Positions 1 to 13,460 of a stretch of 64,000 nt of DNA are shown here, one piece after another; positions within the stretch are counted from its first letter, which is position 1; every line of letters starts with the position of its first letter. The stretch is from assembly GCA_026026165.1 (NCBI GenBank), contig JAPEUD010000052.1:1-64000 (forward strand), in the 5' to 3' direction. A program made the position numbers and the translations under genes. This stretch comes from Sarea resinae. Its lineage: Eukaryota. Below the pieces are notes generated by a model. It was not told the origin of the DNA, ran no database searches, and worked only from the letters and a program-made list of their open reading frames with translations.

Positions 1-2050
1 ACCCTATATAGGTTTCTAGAGTGAATAGGTTATAGAGTATAAAATCCAACCCAATTGTAAATTGGGTTGGTTTTTTCTTAGCACTACTGCACGTGACATA
101 TTGCTTATGTAATCGTAGGTCTAGGGTGTATAAACACTAAGAAAAGTCAATTTCCTATGTAATAAAAAGAGCGTTACCTCTTGTTGTTACTGTTACATCC
201 TATAGGTGCGTGAAACTATGCTGTAAGACATATAAACAGCACCTATAGGTGTGTTCTCAGTATGTAACAGTGCTGAAAATTACATGTTGGATTAAAATGG
301 ATTATCCTAGGTTGGGTTGACTATTGTTCTACTAACACACTATTGGTTAATGGGTTACTAGACTAGCCTTATCTAGTCTGTGAGCCTTATCTGCAGAACT
401 ATTAGATTGGAAAATCCAGTTGGAGCTGCCACCCTAATTCTATCCTTATAGACTACAAATCCTAATTAGAGCTGCCTTACAGCTTAGGGATTTTATATGC
501 AGGATCAGATATAGCTGTGATTACTAATCTCCTACTTAATTTCAGAGAAAAGAACTACTAGCTATTAAGTGTATTCTACTGCAAGTAGTTGAATCACACT
601 AGTATGACTTTTGTACACCTATAGAAGTTCTATAGATGTATGAAATAGCTGCACAAAGAGTGTCTTATGCTTTTGCACCACTGTTACAAGTTCTATAGAT
701 ACACAAAAGATTAGCACAAAGGCTGTTTTGTGACTTTTAAACTATTACAGTTCTATAGGTGCGTAAAATTGCTGCACAAAGGCTGCTTTACAGAACATAG
801 GCTGCTTTACTATAGTTCTATAGACATAAGCTATAGGTACTATAGGATCTAGGTAAAGGCAGCATACATTAAGCACTTAACTTGCTCTTCTATAGGTGTT
901 TCTCTTTAAAGGGGATTATACCTATAAGGCAGCATAAAGGATAAGGAAAATCCTTATTAAGTGTGTGTATACCTAATGTCTATAAGTATAGGCTTAGTTT
1001 AAGCAGTCTACCCTAAGTAGGTCTTATCTGTAAGTTAAGTTATATAGCCTCTAGGAGACTATATAACTGCCTAGGGACTATAAAGACTATAGGACCTAGT
1101 CTTTTTAGGTGAAAAAGAGGAAGTTCAACTCTTTTTCAAGGAAATTTTAGTAGCTATAGGTGAAATTATAGGCTTCTTTAGCAGGCTAGCAAGGCTTATA
1201 ACCTGTTAGAAGGTAGCAGAAAGATCTAAGTAGAGGAAGGTGCTAAAGAAGTATAGTATAGAATGATTATATATTATAAACTTAGAGATTCTAGCTATAG
1301 AGGTGTAACTATATAAGGCAGTTAATACAGTATATAGACTTAAATAACTTACTAGAAACTTCTAGTGATAACTAATTACATAAGTGATTTGTAAGCAATA
1401 AGTTAATAATAACATATGCTTTATAAGAAAGTTAAGAGATAGTTATATAATTCTTATATTATAGAAGTTCTACAGATATCTAAGAGATTCTATAGACTAC
1501 TAGATAGTTCTAGAACATTCTAAAGAGTTCTAGAAGGTTCTAGCTGCTTAGTCAGCATATAGTGATACTTAGTCAGCATTGCTATAGAGTCTTCTAGAAT
1601 GTTCTATAAGATTCTATAAGGTTCTACTATATTCTATTAGCTTCTATAGGTTTATAGAAGCTTCTAGATATATCTATAGTATTTTATAATAGTTTATAAT
1701 AGTCTAGATACTTAAGAGTAACTAGAATTATAACTTTAATTCTAATAAGAGGCTAAGGAAGTATATAGCCTCTAGATAAGCTATAAAGAAATAACTCTAA
1801 TAAGTATAGATTAGTAATACCTACTATATGCTATATTTAAGTAGCCTTATATACTTGTTATTTTTATAAAGAGGCTTATAGCTAATTATATTTTTTAGAT
1901 TGTATTAGAATAGAAAGTTTAGATTAATTACATAGGTGCTTTACTATATAAAATCATATAATGTAGAGCTAACTACATCATTAACTATTACAAACAGCAT
2001 CAATATCTGCTGTTAGAGGCAGCTATATTCCCTGAATCTCACATGTTAGG
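1..2050. mobile_element. AT-rich, RIP-degenerated repeat/transposon remnant (family not identifiable)
   Basis: Very high TpA (TAG/CTA/TATA words), almost no CpG, no ORF of 60 aa or more in any frame, internal degenerate repeats, and an abrupt change to normal composition at ~2050. This matches the repeat-induced point mutation signature. Confidence 0.75.
600..830. repeat. Degenerate ~62-bp tandem repeat (about 4 units) within the RIP-like region
   Basis: GTTCTATAG recurs at ~627, ~690, ~750 and ~815; the first three copies are followed by a GCACAAAG-like word. Confidence 0.6.
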
Positions 2051-2133
2051 TAGATATACACGAACGCCTTTATAAATGCTGTGAATATGCAGGTAGAAAC
2101 AAGACCAGAACGCCAAGACACTTCTTAAAGACA

Positions 2134-3856
2134 TCACGTATTCATCGCATCCCGGGACTTCCAGGTTTCTTCTTGTCTCGTCCCCGGAGGAAGCCATGGG
2201 CCAGGATTACTGAAACCCCGAGGCCTTCCCTGGCTAACGATGTCGCTGCGCTTTTCCTCCAAATTGATGCCATTGACAAATCCATTCACGCTGCCATATA
2301 TCTGTCCGGAGGTAGCACTTAGCGGCGAGGAGACGAAGGCATGCGAATCACGCCTAGATTGGGTGGTATTGAGTGGCAGAAGTGTATCAAGGCCCCTTGA
2401 CTGACTCGCCTTTGCGCGGCGGTCAACCCTTGCTGCATCGCTGGTACGATCATACAGGTATAGCCCGACGAAGGTCAAAGCGATGCCCACAGCTTGGATG
2501 GGTGTCGTCCTGCTGCCAAACCAGACGATAGCGACGACGATGACGAAGATACGCTTGACAAGACTGGCGACGGAGTACGTAACCGGGGAGACCATAGATA
2601 GAAGGATAAAGGCAATGATATTCTGGCCGAAATGAAAGGTACCATTGACGAAAAATTCTATACTTAGTCTCGTAGATCCGAGAGCACCCCTGGAACTCGA
2701 AAGGTCAAGCGCTCCGTCACGAAGGAAATCACTAAGAAGCGCAAAGCCTTCCGACCACAGCCATAAAGGGGCAGTCAGAAGAAAAGCCAGACCGGAAGAA
2801 TAGCAGAGAAGATTAAGCTTATCAAGCTTTCGACTTTTCTGCTCCTGACCTTCGGCTTCGGCGCGAGCGGCCTCGTTGAAGAGCCTTTTTGAGAATATGT
2901 TTTGCGAAACAAAGACGATAGCTCCACCAAATGCACATAACACCCCAAAAATGTTACCAGAGAACTCGGCAGAACAGGCGAGCATAACACCCAGCGTAAG
3001 CGGAATGAGGGACAAATATGTCGACGTCGAGTAGTGTATCCTGAATATGACTCGGTAGGCAAGGACCGTGAATAGGGGCGATAGTCCTTTAATTGTATGG
3101 ACGAGCGAGACGGGTATTTTGGACGTAGCATTGGCACTCAGTATATGACCTCCCACTTGGAAAAGCGCCAGGGGTAGGGTTGTCATGATGACTTCTCGAC
3201 TGGGGTACCGTATGCCATACCTCAACGCCGGGATGGTATTCCGGAGGGAGGGATACAGATATGCTGCGTACGAGAAGAAGAAGCACCATGAAGAAACAAA
3301 ACCAAATTGGATCAGAGTTAGAGTTACAGGCTTCTCGAAGGCGTTGAGTATAGTTTTGGAGGAGGTGTTCGTGAGGGCAGATGTGAGATACCACACGACA
3401 CAAAGAACCTAGAAGTTCCTGTTAGTAGGCTTCCTGAAATAGTAAGTGATGCACCGCTCTTACTATAAGCCTCGGCGATACAGGAGCTTTTAAAGCCTCT
3501 GCGATTTCCTGTGCGTTTGCACTGACGCTACCCCTCCTGGTTCGAATGGTCTTGAGAGCATCGCTAAGACTTTTTTGCCTGCCATGCCTCCCGGTCTTGC
3601 CCACAAGGACGCTGCCAGGATTCCAGGGAGTGTTGCGCGGATGCCAGCGGCCGTTCGGTAGCCCGCCCTTGAGTGAAGCTGGTAGGTCCGGACTCGTAGA
3701 TCTAGAAGGGTCCTTCACAGGCGTTTCCGGGACTGGAGGCAGATGTTCCTGCGATCCAAATGACGCCGAGAGCCGAGTGGGAGAAGTAGGGAGAGGGCCG
3801 CTGGATGTGGCAACGAAAGATGTCTGCGGCCAGCGTTCAGTGGTGGCAGAGGCCAT
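2134..3856 (-). CDS. Triose-phosphate/nucleotide-sugar transporter family protein (SLC35E1/Sly41-like)
   Basis: Exon 3856-3464, GT-AG intron 3463-3409, exon 3408-2134. Multi-TM protein with family motifs VSLVHTIKGLSP, QNIFSK, LDKLNLL and SPVTYSVASLVKR. Confidence 0.9.
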
Positions 3857-4847
3857 CGCCCTTGCACCTCAGAAGAGTCGCCGATCAGATTGAGACTCGC
3901 AAAGACAAGAGTGTCTACTGTATGATCGCCATTGACCTCTTGAGAGCAATAAGCTCGATGCTGATTGAGCCGTGAAAGTGAACAAGCTAAATCAGAAAAA
4001 GTCCCACTAAATACGGTCTTGCCAGAGCTTCCACCGAGGACAGCTCAGGCGCATTCGTGAATAGGGTTTGCAGAACTGGATGATCGTCAAAGATGAGCTC
4101 TGAAGAATTCCTTCCTCGAATAAGTATGGGAGAGACTGTGCTTGGGATCTTAAATGGTAGAAGAACGACAGTCCATTATTGATGGCTCGTGTCACATTGA
4201 TTGAGAGAGTCGCTGTTACTCTAGACGGTGGTGGTGTTCAGGAAGGTACGAGTAGGAGGATGAGAAGCAAGTAACAGGTAACGTAAGTAGAGTACTAGGT
4301 AGCTCGGGCAGTTAGGTATTCATGGATCTTTATCCGGCGTGCTATCAGCAGCTGACTGAAAGGTACCACCCTCGGAAGTATGGTACTACGAAGTACCCTT
4401 TGGGGTAGTAGTAGCAATTACTATGGCAGGTACCCAGGTAGGTAGATCTCTGGTGGTACTTTTACCTTGCACAATTGTATGTCACGTACCTTAGGATTCG
4501 TCACTCGTCGGCGCATCCCGTCGAACTAGTACTTACTCCGGCGTAGGTAGGAGGCACGCACCGTAGTGTACGCACCGTAGTGTACGTTGAGGTACTTAGG
4601 GACCCTTGGACTCTAGCAAGGTAGCTACCTACGGTACAGTTCTCCGCATCGCTTTCCCACCTTTGCCTAAGGTACCTTACTCCTCGACACTGACATCTAT
4701 GGCGGTGACCACCTTTCTTTGAGATGTGAGATATAACATATATTTCATAGTAATCCTCCTTGATTGCAGCATTGAGTGAGTTGATGTGGATGTTAAAGCG
4801 TCCATTGAGTATCTTCCCCACTGTCTGAGATTCTATTGTAATGAGCC

Positions 4848-7800
4848 ATGCGCCTTTTGAAGATTTTCTCTTGCGCAACTGGGGGGTTTCTACTCCAGCT
4901 GTTTCTTCCGCGGGCATTTGCGGCTCTGGGCGTCGATGAGGCACCTGCGTTTCCCCTCTGCCAGGACTTTTTTGGCCCTGAAGAGCAACCCCTTGCCACT
5001 CTATCATCAACCTGGCACATCCTTGGACCGTTTCAGATTGGCACGAGAGGCAAGGCAGCACATGGGAAGACCCCGAGTACCTGATAAGCGTTGCTAAACT
5101 ACCTCCAGAAGCTCTATGGGGAGCGGACCCTTTAGAATATCATGGCGGATTCCGTGTCTTGGAATATGATACGAACGCCGAATTCCGAAGTTCTCTCGCG
5201 ACTAATGGATCCGTAAACTGGTCAGTTCAGGAAGCGGAGACTCAGCACAACGCTTCAAACGGCGCGAGGACGTCGGTGCTCGTTTCCTTCCCAGAGACTG
5301 ACTGGACATTTCTCCAACTCGTCTATGGATGGGCCGCTCAACAATATCAAGCTTGGGCCCGCGGAACTATTTTTGTAAGGTCAAGGGAGGCTCAGCCCTT
5401 CGTCATGGATGTTGAGAATGTTCTCGAATTCTGGATTGATGGAGAACCCTTTTTCGGTGGAGATTTCTACGCTTACCGAAAAGCGCCCCTTGTTGTAGTG
5501 CTTGAACCAGGACGACATCGGCTAGACGTCCGTCTCGTTCGCGACGTGCGAGCTATGGGCGGTATGAATACTCCCGTGCTGAGTTTCAACATCCAACTCA
5601 GAGCTAGTGAAGGCAGACTGGCAGTCTTAGGGGAAAGGATGATCGTTCCCGATATCGTAAAGGGTAGATTAGCAAGCTCTTTGGTGTCTGTACCTGTTCG
5701 TAATGAAGGCCAACAATGGATCACAATACACAGCATTATTTCAGCAAATGTAGGTTTTGACCCTTTCAGCAGGAACAACGTGTCTGCTAATGATCTGAAA
5801 GGATGAATTCATGGTCTCCACTGATCTCGAAGATCTAGCATTTAGGTTGGCACCCGGTCAAGCCCGACCCGTTACTTTCCATATTTCACTTATTCGAGCG
5901 AAGTCAGAATTAAGTAGAACCCATATCAACGAAGAGGAATCAGACGATAATGCCAGGACCCAGACATACTCTCTCTCGTTTAAGGTTGGCTATGCCATTG
6001 ACATATCTAGGGAAGAGCATCGCACTCCGATTACGTCCAATGTTTTGAAAGAGATCTCGATCTTTCAACCCCACAAGTTCACGTTCCGGCATCCTTCCAG
6101 CTCACTGTCATACGCGATACTGAGGCCGCCATCGAAGAGGTCTGAATGTGCAAGAATGAAGCTTGAGAATGTTCCTATAATTCTGAATCTTCACGGAGCT
6201 GGGCTTGAAGCAGAGAGCGAACCAGTAGCTCATGCATTTGACGCTATCCCTGATCTATGCGCTTGGGTGCTGTCACCCAGCGGGACCACCCCATGGAGCG
6301 GAGATGACTGGCGTACGATACCAAAACCATTTTGAAGTCAGCAAGCTGATTGTATCAGATACATGGGGCCTTGCCGACGTGGAAGCAGCAATAAAAGCAA
6401 TAGAGGACTGGACAAGATCAGTTAAATGGTATGGCGTCGGAGTTGACGTCAAGAGATGGATCGTCAGTGGGCATTCTAATGGAGGTAGGTCTACTCTTCT
6501 ACTACGAATAAGAGCTGGGCTAATGTCTTCTAGGTCAGGGGACTTGGCACACCCTAACGCATCGTCCCGATAACGTGATCGCTGCTGCACCTATATCGGC
6601 GTATTCGTCGATTGAGAGTAAGACCATTTTTTCAAGCATCCTGATTTACAATTAACTCTTTAAGCTTATGTTCCCTATCATCTTTGGCGGATACTTGAAC
6701 CTCGGGTGACATCGATTCTCCTAGCCGCGACTGGTAGTTATCGACACGAGCGACTGGTGGAGAACTGTGCCGGGATCCCTGTTCTACAACAGCACGGAAG
6801 TGCCGATGACAATGTTCCCGCATTCCACTCCCGCTTGATGAGCCAACTGTTATTTGAGGCTGCAGGGAAGTCGAGCTACGTAGAAATTCCACATGAAGGA
6901 CACTGGTTTGATGGCGCAATGACTACAAAGCCACTCACCAGGTTCTATGAATATTTCATTGAGCGGGGAAATGATGTATTGACACGACAAGACCGATTTT
7001 CGATAACGATCCCACCTTCTGGCGAACTCGGTCCCCGATACGGACTTTTAGTGGATCAATTAGGGTCTCCCGATCAGTATGGCAAGGCTGAGGTAGAAAT
7101 CGATCACAAGAAATCATCATGGGCTATCAAAACATCGAACATACATCGCTTTCATTTCACGAACTCGTCTCATAATGTCGAATTTCCTGCTACGGTAGTG
7201 CTCGACGGCCATGCTATTACATTGGAGTATCTATCATGCGCAGGAGAGGACCAATGGTTTATCAGGACTGTTGCTTCCCTATGGGAGGTAGGTTCCACCC
7301 CTTCACTATTCAGGGATTTTGGCTAACTTTTTCCAGGTATCTTGCGGTAAGAAATGGCAAACTCTCGGCGAGAGATATGGCGATCAATTAGGAGCCCTCG
7401 ATGCTATCCTGAAATCGAAAGATGTTTTCAGAATAGCAGTGCTACAAAAGTCTTCTTACGATGTGGCTCTACAGATCTCACGTAATCTTTTCCAGTATTA
7501 TGGAGCCGACACTGAAATTATTCGAGAGGACTATGTAAGCCACCAGCATGGGGGCGGAAACCTGATGCTTGTAACTCTTGGGTCGACAGTACCGTCCTCT
7601 CTTCTCGAGACGTTTCCATTACGCGTTTTGCCAGATCAAGCGATAGCCATTCGTGATAGCGTCGGCCAAGAGAGGACTTATCCTCTGAGCGAAGGGACAG
7701 GGGCCATCTTCCTACGACCTTTGGAGGCAGAGCGACTTGAGTTGGTGATTTGGGGCTTTGACAAAGGTGGCCTCCAACGAGCTGCTCGTCTTGTCCCAAC

Positions 7801-7933
7801 TTTGACGGGAGCTGGCCAACCAGAATTCGTGGTACTCGGTAAAAGTTGTGCATGGAAAGGGGTTGATGGAATTCTCGCATTGGGATCTTTTGACCATGCT
7901 TGGAATGTTTCAGCGGCGTCTTTCTTCACCTAA
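4848..7933 (+). CDS. Secreted alpha/beta-hydrolase with a peptidase S9-like domain (multi-exon)
   Basis: Signal-like N-terminus (MRLLKIF...AFAALG), LHGAG oxyanion motif, GHSNGG nucleophile elbow, QQHGSADDNVP and GHWFDG. ORF-track pieces join through short introns; the first is probably GC-AG (5050-5108). Confidence 0.8.
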
Positions 7934-9077
7934 GGACGCTGCAACGGAAGATTTGTAATACGAATGCGGGTAGGCAGGAAGGATGTGGTATATGAGGCTC
8001 TATTTCGAGAAGGTAGGCCTGAGACGCTTTCCGATCAAAGCCTCGAGGCTTATCTTACATTTCAGGTGATTTACCTGTTCGAAGTACATACCTTATGTCG
8101 CTGATATCGAGAAGTGGATGTCGAGGAGTTCCGTCAAATGGCGATGTCCGGCGGAGAGGTTCGCCACGGTTCTTGACCCAACAGCCCGCCTAAGGCTTTC
8201 CCGGCTTCTTGGTAACGACAAAGATGACTAGACTGTCGGAATATGTCAGTCTTGTAATCCATCAAGTAAAGTTTGATCGGCTAGGAGGGTTGGTATGGTA
8301 GGATACGGGCAAGTAGAAAATTGAAGCTCCACGGAGACAGTGGAGGTGATGGGCTGGCAACTTGCTAGGCTAGCATGCGCTCAATCTTGGACTGCCTTAG
8401 CATGGCTTCTCTGAATTCGCGTTGTGTTGTGTGGTGTTATAACGTATTACGGATGCCGTATGCCTAATATCACGACCAGCTCTGCCTCGATTTGCTACCA
8501 TCGCGAGATTTACCAGCCGCGTCTTCTGCTCCTTACCCATCTCTCTCCGTCGCTTTCTTCATTCACTCATCTCACCAACACAACATCTTCCGCCATTTTG
8601 AACGGGAATGAACTCAAATAAGCGGCACCTGCCGGTATTCACCCTTACCCACCGTCCGGCTTGGGTCCATTCGTGTCAGGCTAGCCATCTAATAACTTCT
8701 TATTCACCTGAGCATGTCCGTTTCGGGAAGCTTCAACCCGTACACATGCATGATTGATCTCAAGTGAGCGTTCCTTCCTCCCTTACTGCTCGCTATGGCT
8801 TGCCAATCTTAACAGGTTCTCGCAGCAACTGTTGTTGGCTTTGCTACAATATCCCCGGCCTCCGTCACTCGTCTCTACTTACATCGTCATCTCATAGCAG
8901 ACAACATCAACCCCGCCTTAAGTGCACTCACTTCATAACTACGCGAAGGTGAGGCTACTGTAGTGCTTCCTCTCCTTGACCTTCTCCCGCTCGAGTACTA
9001 ATGTCTCAGCATTTACAGTAGCTTGGACCATTCCCCGTTCGCTACGTCTGCTGCTCAGATTGAGCCGACCAACTATC

Positions 9078-11874
9078 ATGTCGGCCATTCAGCGAGAGGG
9101 CCCACCTCTCCATCAACGCGATAGAAAGTCATCACAGTTCTCCATTCATTCCGAAAATCCTCATGAAGAATTACCCGCTCCCACGACTGCACAAGTTCCA
9201 ACAGTGAGACTTTCCAGTTACAATTATATGATTATAGGATATTCCAAGGCTTAGCGAAGCAATACTGACGAACGTAGCAGGGAACCAAGCGTGGTAATGC
9301 CACTGCTCGTGAAATGCCGACCCCTTTGATCACCTCCCAACTGGGTAATCAATTATCTCAAGCGGCCTACCTTGGCGGTATCACTTCTAAGGTCGGATAT
9401 TTGGTTCGTGCAAGCAATTACGGATCTTTTCTCTGACAGCCTCAGAAGCAGAAACTCGAGCATGCTCCCACCTCATCTCCAGGAGATCTTCACCCTGGTG
9501 CCGTTGATAATTTGCTCGCCAAGCTTTCCGAACAGCAGGCCTTGATCGACAAGCAAAAGAAGAGACCTTCGTCAACCGACAATGATAAATCTTCCAATTC
9601 TGTTACTGACTTCAATGCGCATCCTCTGGGGTCTAGCCCTGTCGAAACAGCCGTTGATTCTCTCAGCATTACACATTCACCTGCTCCTGCTGCAGCTGAT
9701 CTCTCAAAGGCGGACGCCGAAATGACTCGGCTCAAGCAGGAGCTCATTGCTGCTAAGAACAAAATCGCACGGATGGATCAGGAGCTTTCTCAGACTCGCA
9801 TCACCAAGCATACACTTGACCAGGCAATGGGCCCAGCTTCAGAAGCAGATGTTCGTGTGGCTGGAGATGTCTCGGAGCAAACCATCAGTAACCTCCAAAA
9901 CGCCTTCAACGCTTCGACGCGTCCTGCGAGCGGAAGGAACGAGACCTGGACGACGATCGAGGACGGGTGTTCTGATACTAGCGAGGCTCCTTCATTGGGA
10001 CCCAATACAAGAGCACATGGAATATGGAGTAATCATACCCGAACCGGCTTCACATTCAGTGTGACACCACCTGTAGAACAACAGTACTCTGATTCCTCCA
10101 GTACCTGGAGTCAAGAGACCCCGAGGCCTTGGTTCAATCGTCGAAATGACTGCAGCGCACCTTCTCAGGGTCAAGCGAGCCATCAGCAACGAACCATCAA
10201 TGGCACGCCTAACGCTATAGACGACTACGAAAAAGTCCTGCCTGATCAGGGCCTGCGTCGCCTTCACAGTCAACATAATAGGGGAGTAACGAACTTTAAC
10301 CAGCATGCTTCAGGATGGGGGAATTATGGGGCTGGTGCGGGACCTGTTGAGGGGATCAGTCCACCATCTACCCCATTTCAAGCTTTCGGCGTGTTTCCAG
10401 TACCTATCCCACACCAACCGCGGCCAATTGGCACCCCGTTGTCTCCAACGGCTGCTGAATTTACGGCTAATACCTCCCCAGTGAACCCGTGGAATGTCCA
10501 AGTAAAGCCATCAGCCAGTCACCTCTGTCCAGTTGCTAATGTGTACCAGGCTCCAGCTTCCCCAGGACAGACGTACATCTCACCAATCGAGCCGCTCAAT
10601 TACCGGCGACTCCTTGACCGCAGCGTGACATGCAACTGGAAATATATCGTGGACAAGATCGTGTGCAACAACGATCAGCAAGCCTCCATATTTCTTCAAC
10701 AGAAGCTAAAGATCGGGACTGCTGAGCAGAAATTTGAGATAGTTGAGGCTATTATTGGCCAGGCTTACCCACTGATGGTGAATCGTTTTGGAAACTTTCT
10801 TGTGCAGCGTTGTTTCGAGCATGGCACACCTGAGCAGGTCATTGCTATTGCAAATGCGATTCGCGGCAATACACTAAATCTAAGCATGGACGCGTTCGGC
10901 TGCCATGTTGTCCAGAAAGCTTTCGATTCTGTCCCGGAAGATTTTAAGGCCATTATGGTCCACGAGCTTCTGCGCCGCATCCCCGAAACGGTCATCCATA
11001 GATACGCTTGTCACGTCTGGCAGAAGTTGTTCGAACTCCGTTGGAGCGACTCGCCTCCACAGATCATGAAGTATGTCAACGAATCTCTTCGCGGTATGTG
11101 GCACGAGGTTGCACTGGGCGAGACAGGCAGCCTTGTGGTTCAGAATATTTTCGAAAATTGCCTAGAAGAAGACAAGGTCAGTGCGACTTCTCCTGATGGG
11201 CACTATGGCTTCGTAAGATTAACATGTATTGCTGCAGCGCTCCTGTATCAACGAGGTACTAGCTAGTATCGACAATATTGCACATGGCCAGTTTGGGAAC
11301 TGGTGCATTCAGCACATCTGCGAGCATGGGCTGCCTTCCGACCGTAGCCGTGCCGTGGAACATGTTCTTCGATATGCCACGGAATACAGTATGGATCAAT
11401 TTGCTTCCAAAGTGGTCGAAAAGTGCCTCAAGATCGGCGGGCCGGATTTTCTTGAACGATATCTTGAGCGCGTTTGCGAAGGTCGTCCTGACCGCCCCCG
11501 AATCCCGCTCATTGACAGTAAGTGATTTGTGAATTGATTCGAGATGCTGGGGATCAAGAATCTCATAGAATGGCTAGTTGCAAGCGACCAATATGGAAAT
11601 TATCTTATCCAGTACATTCTGACCCACGCCAATCCACAACACCGCGAGATTGTGGCCACACATATTCGGTGAGTGATATTTTCTACAACTGAAAGTCCTC
11701 GAAGTTAAACCTTTCTATAGCAAACATCTGGTCTCATTACGTGGCTCCAAATTTGGCTCTCGGGTTGGAATGCTGTGCTGTAACCCGGCCTTCGCAACCA
11801 GGCCAGGACCAGGCGCAGGCCCTCCTGTCAGCCGCTTCGGCAACCATAACCGCTTTGGGGGAGCCTATCGCTGA
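9078..11874 (+). CDS. Pumilio/PUF RNA-binding protein with N-terminal coiled coil (resembles S. pombe Mcp2 type)
   Basis: PUF repeats (NRFGNFLVQR, DAFGCHVVQK, HRYACHVWQK, GQFGNWCIQH, DQYGNYLIQY). Frame-consistent introns 9204-9280, 9392-9439, 10502-10549, 11177-11237 and two more near the 3' end; stop TGA 11872-11874. The start codon is inferred. Confidence 0.85.
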
Positions 11875-12911
11875 TACTATTCGTTGGCGAAGCATGAAAG
11901 CATTAACAACGGTCGTTTCAACTGTTTCTTGTCCGCATCGCTGAACTCCTATTCGATCTCTACGGATGACGAAAATGCATCTAACATCATGGAATCGTCG
12001 TGTTCGGCTAGCGTTCTCCAGATTTTTTTTTGTCCTATCCAACAGACGACGAAAGTGGGGAGATTGATGAGATCTTCTAAGAGATTACCTGCCGCCGGAG
12101 ACTAGGGTGCTCATCACTCTTAACAGTGGCCGGCCCAATGTGGCTTCAGCTAACTGTCTGACCGCGACCAGCTTTCCTTTGCGCTTTGTCTCCATATCTT
12201 CTTCCGGTTATGTTTCTATCTAAGTTGCAAAGCTAAACACTCTGTACTGCGTTTCTTCCGCATAGGAGTGCTCCCTGACGTTCATCTGAGACTAGGGTAT
12301 CACAACTACCGATGTTCTGCAAGGAATGCTTGACCAAGGACCATTTGTCCAACACGGTCGTATGATAAGGAAACACAGTGTCATTTCCAATCTTCCATCT
12401 TTTTGTAACGCTGCAATGTTTTGTTCGACGCGGCCGAGTGATTGGGCTTCAATCGGACACCGCCAAAAGATGTGATTGAAGAAAACTTGCTTTCTGTCAC
12501 TTAAATACACGGCGTTATGCCACTTAGATAGATTTCACTCCTTAGTACCAATCTGGCAATCGATAAGTCAAACCGAATACCGGTGCGTCTATTGTTTGCA
12601 GGCACACTCAAGGTCCCTGGTAGTGAGAAGCACTACCCGAAGACGACTTTTAGCTTCCTCGTACTCATCGTGCCTCGAACTATAAGCCGTAGGTTGCTGG
12701 CCGCAAGCTTCCCATTCTCAGAAGTTGGCTTCAGCTTTCATCCAGTGAAGGTGGTCATCTGAAGCAGTGACTGATTGAAGTAGTAGTTGTCTCGAGCTCA
12801 AGAGAATATCTCTTCATCGCCATTTTGAATAGCCCCATGGAGAATCGTTGGCGACCCCTCGATTCAGTGTAGATCTTCGATATGCTACTTAAGCTTGGAA
12901 TGATCGATTCC

Positions 12912-13460
12912 TCACGCGATCGATGCGCTAGATTCTCCTTTCTCCCACGGTTTCTTCCTCCGAACAGCCGTGCTTTGTGTCTCCTCGCCTTCAAGAACTG
13001 TATCAGGAATGTCTCTGATGCCGGGAATTGACTGGCCGCTCGCAATGAGCTCTACTATGTGCTCAAAAGAATTCGGGTAGGGGGCAGAAGGATCGGACGA
13101 TGTGCTTGCTAAATTGACTGACGGCGGCATGGATGCGTAATTAGACATCTTAGGAAGGTTCTGTTCGCGCCAGGACTTGTAGGCATCAAAATCAACAGCA
13201 ATGCCATACTTTCTATGCCAAGTCAGCAAAGGTCCGATAAACTTTCGGTAGGTCGCTATGTTCACCTACCTAGAGTAATAGAAGCATCTTGCGCGTAGCG
13301 TCAGCTCTTGAGTCCGCTCGAGGTCAGGGCCCTTTCCTAGGATGGCGGTAAGCCCGCCTTGGAACTCAGGATCATTATCCCAATCATAGTCTTCCAGCTG
13401 CTGGTAGAGAGAGTTCCCTTGCGCCTGCGCCGGGTTCGTAGCGCCTCGTTGCGCAGACAT
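12912..13460 (-). CDS. pex39: PEX39-like peroxin (DUF5572/KPWE-motif protein with N-terminal helical domain)
   Basis: Exon 13460-13270, intron 13269-13213, exon 13212-12912. N-terminal YDWDNDPEFQGGL...ARCFYYSR; C-terminal SFEHIVELIASGQSIPGIRDIP...RKKPWE. Confidence 0.75.
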
